Shown one piece after another: positions 59,906-64,000 of a stretch of DNA of 64,000 bases (the stretch's first letter is position 1; the number at the start of each line of letters is the position of its first letter). Source of the DNA: Acidobacteriota bacterium (GTDB taxonomy: Bacteria > Acidobacteriota > Vicinamibacteria > Vicinamibacterales > CAVVIG01); NCBI GenBank assembly GCA_003222395.1, contig QHWB01000034.1, positions 147,645 through 211,644 on the forward strand, read 5' to 3'. The position numbers and the translations under genes are program-made. The notes below the pieces were generated by a model. The model was not told the origin of the DNA, ran no database searches, and was given only the letters and a program-made list of their open reading frames with translations.

Positions 59906-61018
59906 ATGCGCAAACTTGCATTCGCATTCGCACTCGCGCTCGCGGCGTGCGCCATCGTTCATGCCGCCGACAGGAAGGTCAGCGCCGGCAACGGCACGTT
60001 GATCATCGGCGCGTATCCGAAGCAGTTCTGGATTATCGACGAGGCGACGGAGAAGATCGTCGGCACGATCCCGTACCAGTCGGGCATTCCCCGGCGCACT
60101 TCGATCTCGCGCGACCGCAAGCGCTTCTACACCATCGAAGCGCAGATGGAGAAGGTCGAGGTCGTCGACATCGCGGCGCGCAGGACGATCGACACCTTCA
60201 CGCTCAGCGAGGGCAACAAGAAGGTCCGCATTCGAAGCCTCGAGCCGGATCCGCTGAATCGCTTCGTCGTCATGGTGATCGCGTCGGCGACGAAGCTGAT
60301 CGATCGCTTCGATATCGGCAACCCGACGCTGGTCCAGTACGACTTGCAGCAGAAGAAGGTCGTGCGCACGATTCCGTGGCCGAACAACGAGGAGCGCCAG
60401 AACGCGAACATCCTCTTCTCGCCGGACGGCAAGCTGATGTACCTGTTCACCGAACAGGACGTCCTGATCTACGAAACCAATACGTTCACACAGGTCGACA
60501 AGTGGGAACTGTCCAAGCCGATTGAGGAAGGTTTCGGCCGCCTCGAGTTCGGACCGCGCGACGTGATGAACGACGAGCCGGGCTTCTACACCGCCATCTT
60601 CAACGTGTCCGATCCGGTCCAGCATCGGCGGACCATGGGCATCGGCCGCGTGAACCTGGCGGCGAAGACCGTCGATTTCTACACGCTCGGTCCGTCGACG
60701 CCGGTCAGCTTCACGCTGGCGCCCGATCGCAAGAGCGGCTTCGGCTTGTTCGATGACATCGGACGCTACGAATTCTGGAAGTTCGATCTCGAGCGCCACC
60801 GGCTCGCGAACCGCGTCGAGTTCAAGGGGCGGCCGCGCATGGGATTGAAAACGAGCTCCAACGGCAAGGTGCTCTACATCTACGTGGCGGGGAACACGAT
60901 CGATCTCTACGACGCCGACACATACCAGTATCTGCGCACGATCACGCTCGACGGCGACATGACGACGGAGCTGTTCGTCTTCAATACGCCGCCGTCAACG
61001 ACTACGCCATCGCAATGA
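59906..61018 (+). CDS. qhpB: Quinohemoprotein amine dehydrogenase beta subunit, copy 2
   Basis: ATG 59906; signal 'MRKLAFAFALALAACAIVHA'. Collinear with copy 1 (…GNGTLIIGAYPKQFWIIDEATEKIVGTI…). Confidence 0.75.
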   Translation: MRKLAFAFALALAACAIVHAADRKVSAGNGTLIIGAYPKQFWIIDEATEKIVGTIPYQSGIPRRTSISRDRKRFYTIEAQMEKVEVVDIAARRTIDTFTLSEGNKKVRIRSLEPDPLNRFVVMVIASATKLIDRFDIGNPTLVQYDLQQKKVVRTIPWPNNEERQNANILFSPDGKLMYLFTEQDVLIYETNTFTQVDKWELSKPIEEGFGRLEFGPRDVMNDEPGFYTAIFNVSDPVQHRRTMGIGRVNLAAKTVDFYTLGPSTPVSFTLAPDRKSGFGLFDDIGRYEFWKFDLERHRLANRVEFKGRPRMGLKTSSNGKVLYIYVAGNTIDLYDADTYQYLRTITLDGDMTTELFVFNTPPSTTTPSQ

Positions 61019-62814
61019 GCGCCCGCGGCCCGAGCGAGGCGCCGGAGGGAAGCCCGGCGAAGCCGGGCCGCCGAGTGAGCGCGAGCGGGGGTGGGGCCCC
61101 GCGAGCAGTGATTAATGTTGACACCAGCATCCGACGGGCGCTCCGGTTCATCGTCCCCTACTGGCGACGGCTGGCGCTCGTCCTCGCGCTGAGCGCGCTC
61201 AGCACGGCGCTCTCGCTGTACCTGCCGCTCCTCTCTCGCGATTTCTTCGATCGCGCCCTGATCGGCCGCGATCTCGGGACGCTCGTCCGCGTCGTCTCGC
61301 TGTTCGCGGCCGTCAGCGTCGCCAGCTTCGTCGTGAACGTCGTGAGCGGAATGCGATACACGCGCGTGTCGGCCGACATCCTGTTCGACATGCGGCTCGA
61401 GCTGTACCGCCACCTGCAGCGGCTCTCCCCGCGGTTCTACGTGCGCACGCGGATGGGCGACATCATGTCGCGCATCAACAACGACGTCGGCGAGATTCAG
61501 CGGATCGCCGCCGAGACGGCGCTCGCGTGGGTCGGCAACGTGCTGTTCCTCGCCGGAACGATCGCGATGCTCGCGTGGCTCGACGTCCGCCTGTTCGTCC
61601 TCACCGTCGCGACGACGCCGTTCGGCATCTGGGCGCTGGTGCGCTATCGCACGCGGCTCGAAGTCGAAATCGGAAAACTGCGCCAGCGCAGCGCCGACAT
61701 CGGCAGCTTCCTCATCGAGACGCTCCAGTCGGTGAAGCTCGTCGTCACGTCGAACGCGCAGGAGCGCGAGGTCGGACGCTTCCGCGAGCGGAACGCGGCG
61801 TTCATCGACTCGCTGATGTCGATGCAGCTCCTCTCGTACTTGTCCGGCGGGCTGCCGGGCCTCGTTCTTTCCGCCGGAACAGGCGCCGTGTTCGTATACG
61901 GAGGCCTCCGCGTCATAAACGGATCGATCACCGTCGGCACCTTCGTCGCGTTCATGGCGTACCAGATGCGCTTCCTGCCGCCGCTGCAGGCGCTGATGGG
62001 CATGTACGCGAACCTCGCGACCGTTCGGGTCTCCCTGCGCAGGGTCGCGCAGATTCTCGACGAACCGGTCGACGTCATCGAAGCGGCCGACGCGGTCGAT
62101 CTGCCGTCGGTCCGGGGCGACGTCGAATTCGACGAGGTCACCGTATCGTTCGGCCGCGGCGGGCCGGTGCTGGAGCGATTCTCGTTCTCCGTGCGCGCCG
62201 GAGAGACGCTTGCCATCGTCGGCCCGAGCGGCAGCGGAAAGTCCACGATTGCGGATCTGCTGCTGCGGCTCATCGATCCGGACGCCGGCGCCGTGCGCCT
62301 CGACGGTCGCGATCTCCGAACGGTGCGGCTCGCCGATCTTCGCCGCCGCGTGGCACTGGTCGAGCAGGAGCCGTGCATCCTGCACGCGACGATCGCCGAG
62401 AACATCCGATACGCGCGTCCCGGCGCGTCGGACGAAGAGGTGTCGGCCGCGGCCGATCGAGCGGCGCTCGCGCCGTTCATCGAATCGCTGCCGGAGAAGT
62501 TCGCGACCGTGGTCGGAGAGCGCGGCATGGCGCTGTCGGCCGGCGAACGTCAGCGGATCGCCATCGCCCGCGCGCTGCTGGCCGATCCTGACGTTCTCGT
62601 GCTCGACGAACCGAGCGCCGCACTCGATCCGACCTCCGAGCGCCACATCGCCGATGGCTACGAGTCGGTGATGCGCGGCCGCACCACCATCGTCATCACA
62701 CACCGCCTCGACCTCGCGCGCAGGGCCGACCGCGTCATCGAGGTCCGATCCGAGTCGGACCAGGGACGAACCACGGCCAGACCGTGGTTCGGCCACGATC
62801 TGTCTCGAGTCTGA
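61015..62814 (+). CDS. qhpF: ABC exporter (fused 6-TM permease and ATPase), candidate QhpF
   Basis: Walker A 'GPSGSGKST', signature 'LSAGERQRIAIARAL', Walker B 'VLVLDEPSAALD'. The start is uncertain. ATG 61015 gives an ATGA overlap with qhpB2. In-frame GTG 61108 would instead leave a repeat-derived hairpin in the 5' UTR. Confidence 0.75.
   Translation: MSARGPSEAPEGSPAKPGRRVSASGGGAPRAVINVDTSIRRALRFIVPYWRRLALVLALSALSTALSLYLPLLSRDFFDRALIGRDLGTLVRVVSLFAAVSVASFVVNVVSGMRYTRVSADILFDMRLELYRHLQRLSPRFYVRTRMGDIMSRINNDVGEIQRIAAETALAWVGNVLFLAGTIAMLAWLDVRLFVLTVATTPFGIWALVRYRTRLEVEIGKLRQRSADIGSFLIETLQSVKLVVTSNAQEREVGRFRERNAAFIDSLMSMQLLSYLSGGLPGLVLSAGTGAVFVYGGLRVINGSITVGTFVAFMAYQMRFLPPLQALMGMYANLATVRVSLRRVAQILDEPVDVIEAADAVDLPSVRGDVEFDEVTVSFGRGGPVLERFSFSVRAGETLAIVGPSGSGKSTIADLLLRLIDPDAGAVRLDGRDLRTVRLADLRRRVALVEQEPCILHATIAENIRYARPGASDEEVSAAADRAALAPFIESLPEKFATVVGERGMALSAGERQRIAIARALLADPDVLVLDEPSAALDPTSERHIADGYESVMRGRTTIVITHRLDLARRADRVIEVRSESDQGRTTARPWFGHDLSRV
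61072..61112. repeat. Half copy (F) of the ~90-nt repeat at the 5' end of qhpF
   Basis: 'gagcgcgagcgggggtggggccccgcgagcagtg' shares the core 'gggggtggggccccgcg' with copies D and E. The stem is weaker (6 bp). Confidence 0.4.
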
Positions 62815-62819
62815 TCCTG

Positions 62820-63479
62820 ATGCGCGTCAGGGTTGCGATCATCGACAGCGGCGTTCACGCGGCGCATCCTCACGTCGGCGGCGTCGGCGGCGGCGTCGGC
62901 ATCGACGACGAGGGGCGCGAGCACGGCGATTACACCGATCGCCTCGGTCACGGCACCGCGGTCGCCGCGGCGATCAAGGAAAAAGCGCCGGACGCAGAGC
63001 TCTTCGCGGTGAAGGTGTTCGATCGGACGCTGTCGACGCGCGTCGCGAACCTGATTCACGCCATCGACTGGGCGGCGCGGAATCAGATGCACGTCGCGAA
63101 CCTCAGTCTCGGGACTGCGCGGCCCGAGCACGAGACGATTCTCCGCGAGGCCGTTGACCGCGCACGAACCCGCGGCGTCGTCATCGTTGCCGCGCGGGAT
63201 GACGGCGGCGTGCGATGGCTGCCGGGGAGCCTGCGTGGCGTGATTTCAGTTCAGCTCGACTGGGCGTGTCCGCGCGACGAATATCGCGTCGTGGAGATCG
63301 AGGGGGAGACCGTCTTTCGCGCGTCCGGCTACCCGCGCGAGATTCCCGGTGTGCCGCCCGACCGAAATCTCAACGGGATCAGCTTCGCCGTTGCCAACAT
63401 GACCGGGTTCGTCGCCAGAGCGCGCGCTGCCGCTTCGGATGAGTGGATGCAGGCGCTCGTCACCGTGGGTGTGCGATGA
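62820..63479 (+). CDS. qhpE: Small subtilisin-like serine protease, candidate QhpE (leader peptidase for the gamma subunit)
   Basis: 219 aa from ATG 62820. Catalytic-triad contexts are 'VAIIDSGV' (Asp), 'LGHGTAVAAAI' (His) and 'NGISFAVANMTG' (Ser). Lies directly after qhpF. Confidence 0.7.
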   Translation: MRVRVAIIDSGVHAAHPHVGGVGGGVGIDDEGREHGDYTDRLGHGTAVAAAIKEKAPDAELFAVKVFDRTLSTRVANLIHAIDWAARNQMHVANLSLGTARPEHETILREAVDRARTRGVVIVAARDDGGVRWLPGSLRGVISVQLDWACPRDEYRVVEIEGETVFRASGYPREIPGVPPDRNLNGISFAVANMTGFVARARAAASDEWMQALVTVGVR

Positions 63480-63859
63480 CCCTTGTCATCCGTCTGCTGG
63501 TCAACGCGGCGGCGCTGTGGGTGGCGACGCGCATCGTGCCTGGCGTCACCTATCGCGGCGACGCGCTGCCCTTTCTCGGCGTGGCGCTGGTGTTCGGGAT
63601 CGTCAACGCGTTCATCCGGCCCGTCGCAAAGCTTCTCACGTTTCCGATCATCATCCTGACGCTCGGCATCTTCGCCCTCGTCGTCAACGGCCTGATGTTG
63701 TGGCTGACCAGCGCGCTGTCCGGTGCGCTCGGCCTCGGATTCCACGTGAGAGGGTTCTGGGCTGCGCTCGTCGGCGCGCTGGTCGTCAGCCTCGTGAGCA
63801 CGCTTCTATCGCTGATCGTCGTCGATCGCTCGGACGCTAGACGGTCTCACGCCCACTGA
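63476..63859 (+). CDS. Small 4-TM membrane protein (DUF360 / 'phage holin family 4'-like)
   Basis: ATG 63476 (ATGA overlap with qhpE). 'MTLVIRLLVNAAALWVATRIVPGV…FLGVALVFGIVNAFIRPV…' is typical of this family. Confidence 0.6.
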   Translation: MTLVIRLLVNAAALWVATRIVPGVTYRGDALPFLGVALVFGIVNAFIRPVAKLLTFPIIILTLGIFALVVNGLMLWLTSALSGALGLGFHVRGFWAALVGALVVSLVSTLLSLIVVDRSDARRSHAH

Positions 63860-63986
63860 TCAGTCCGACCAGGAAGAGCACGATCGCGATTACGAGCAGT
63901 ACGTGGACAATCGATCCAATCGCGTAGACGCCGCCAAGGCCAAGCGCCCAGGCGATCAATAGAATCAGCGCGAGTGCGAACAACAT
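63837..63986 (-). CDS. 49-aa two-TM membrane peptide (lmo0937-family-like)
   Basis: Not in the ORF track because it is under 60 aa. My translation is MLFALALILLIAWALGLGGVYAIGSIVHVLLVIAIVLFLVGLISGRETV*. An SD 'GGGAGGA' sits 7 nt upstream of ATG 63986. The 3' end overlaps the convergent gene by 23 nt. Confidence 0.5.
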   Translation of the reverse strand: MLFALALILLIAWALGLGGVYAIGSIVHVLLVIAIVLFLVGLISGRETV

Positions 63987-64000
63987 GGTGATGTCCTCCC

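Noticed and set aside
1-64000. Search for tRNA, rRNA, riboswitch (for example a B12 box upstream of TBDR-like genes), integrase/transposase and phage-defence genes
   Set aside because: By-eye scans of all intergenic regions longer than 80 nt found no T-loop-like GGTTCGA motifs, no rRNA-like segments, no B12-box and no recombinase-like ORFs. A covariance-model scan (tRNAscan/Infernal) would be needed to exclude small RNAs formally.

Overview
GC-rich bacterial chromosomal window with about 44 protein genes. I saw no rRNA, tRNA or CRISPR. Four TonB-dependent-receptor-like genes with carboxypeptidase-regulatory-like N-termini, plus many TPR and beta-propeller periplasmic proteins, suggest an Acidobacteriota-like host (inference only). 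Positions 1-16 kb carry envelope and carbohydrate genes (serine hydrolase fragment, NodB deacetylase, BNR propeller, GH5-like hydrolase, M15A peptidase, SGNH hydrolase), divergent glpK/glpF, an amino-acid ABC transporter and two oxidoreductase/amidohydrolase genes. Positions 16.4-63.5 kb read as one large amine-oxidation island. It starts with a MerR+XRE+cupin regulator next to a tightly overlapping operon: GabT-like aminotransferase, GNAT-aminotransferase fusion, amidohydrolase, APC permease and a Tat-exported SpdH-like flavoprotein. Next come a TBDR-like gene co-transcribed with a PQQ dehydrogenase, and a divergent TBDR-like gene. The main result is two paralogous structural gene sets for quinohemoprotein amine dehydrogenase (qhpA-D-C-B: diheme alpha subunit, radical-SAM/SPASM maturase, cross-linked CTQ gamma peptide, beta-propeller subunit). 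Each set is preceded by a paralogous TBDR-like gene and a paralogous ~135-aa glycine-rich protein of unknown function. The accessory maturation genes occur only once each: a qhpG-like flavoenzyme beside copy 1, and the qhpF ABC exporter and qhpE subtilisin-like protease beside copy 2. Copy 2 is interrupted by opposite-strand TPR-fusion genes (two sulfatase-fold proteins with T-x-P-x-H in place of the FGly motif, and one GT-C-like membrane protein). QHNDH is a known system in Proteobacteria. The TBDR/small-protein linkage, the duplication with shared maturation genes, and the coupling to a Tat flavoprotein are the parts I cannot explain from established knowledge. The window also holds two families of GC-rich hairpin repeats, including a 297-bp MITE-like palindromic composite, a 3 x 35-bp tandem repeat at the duplication junction, and a shared promoter-like motif upstream of three amine-island transcription units. 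Many long arginine-rich ORFs in the track are antisense shadow ORFs and were rejected.
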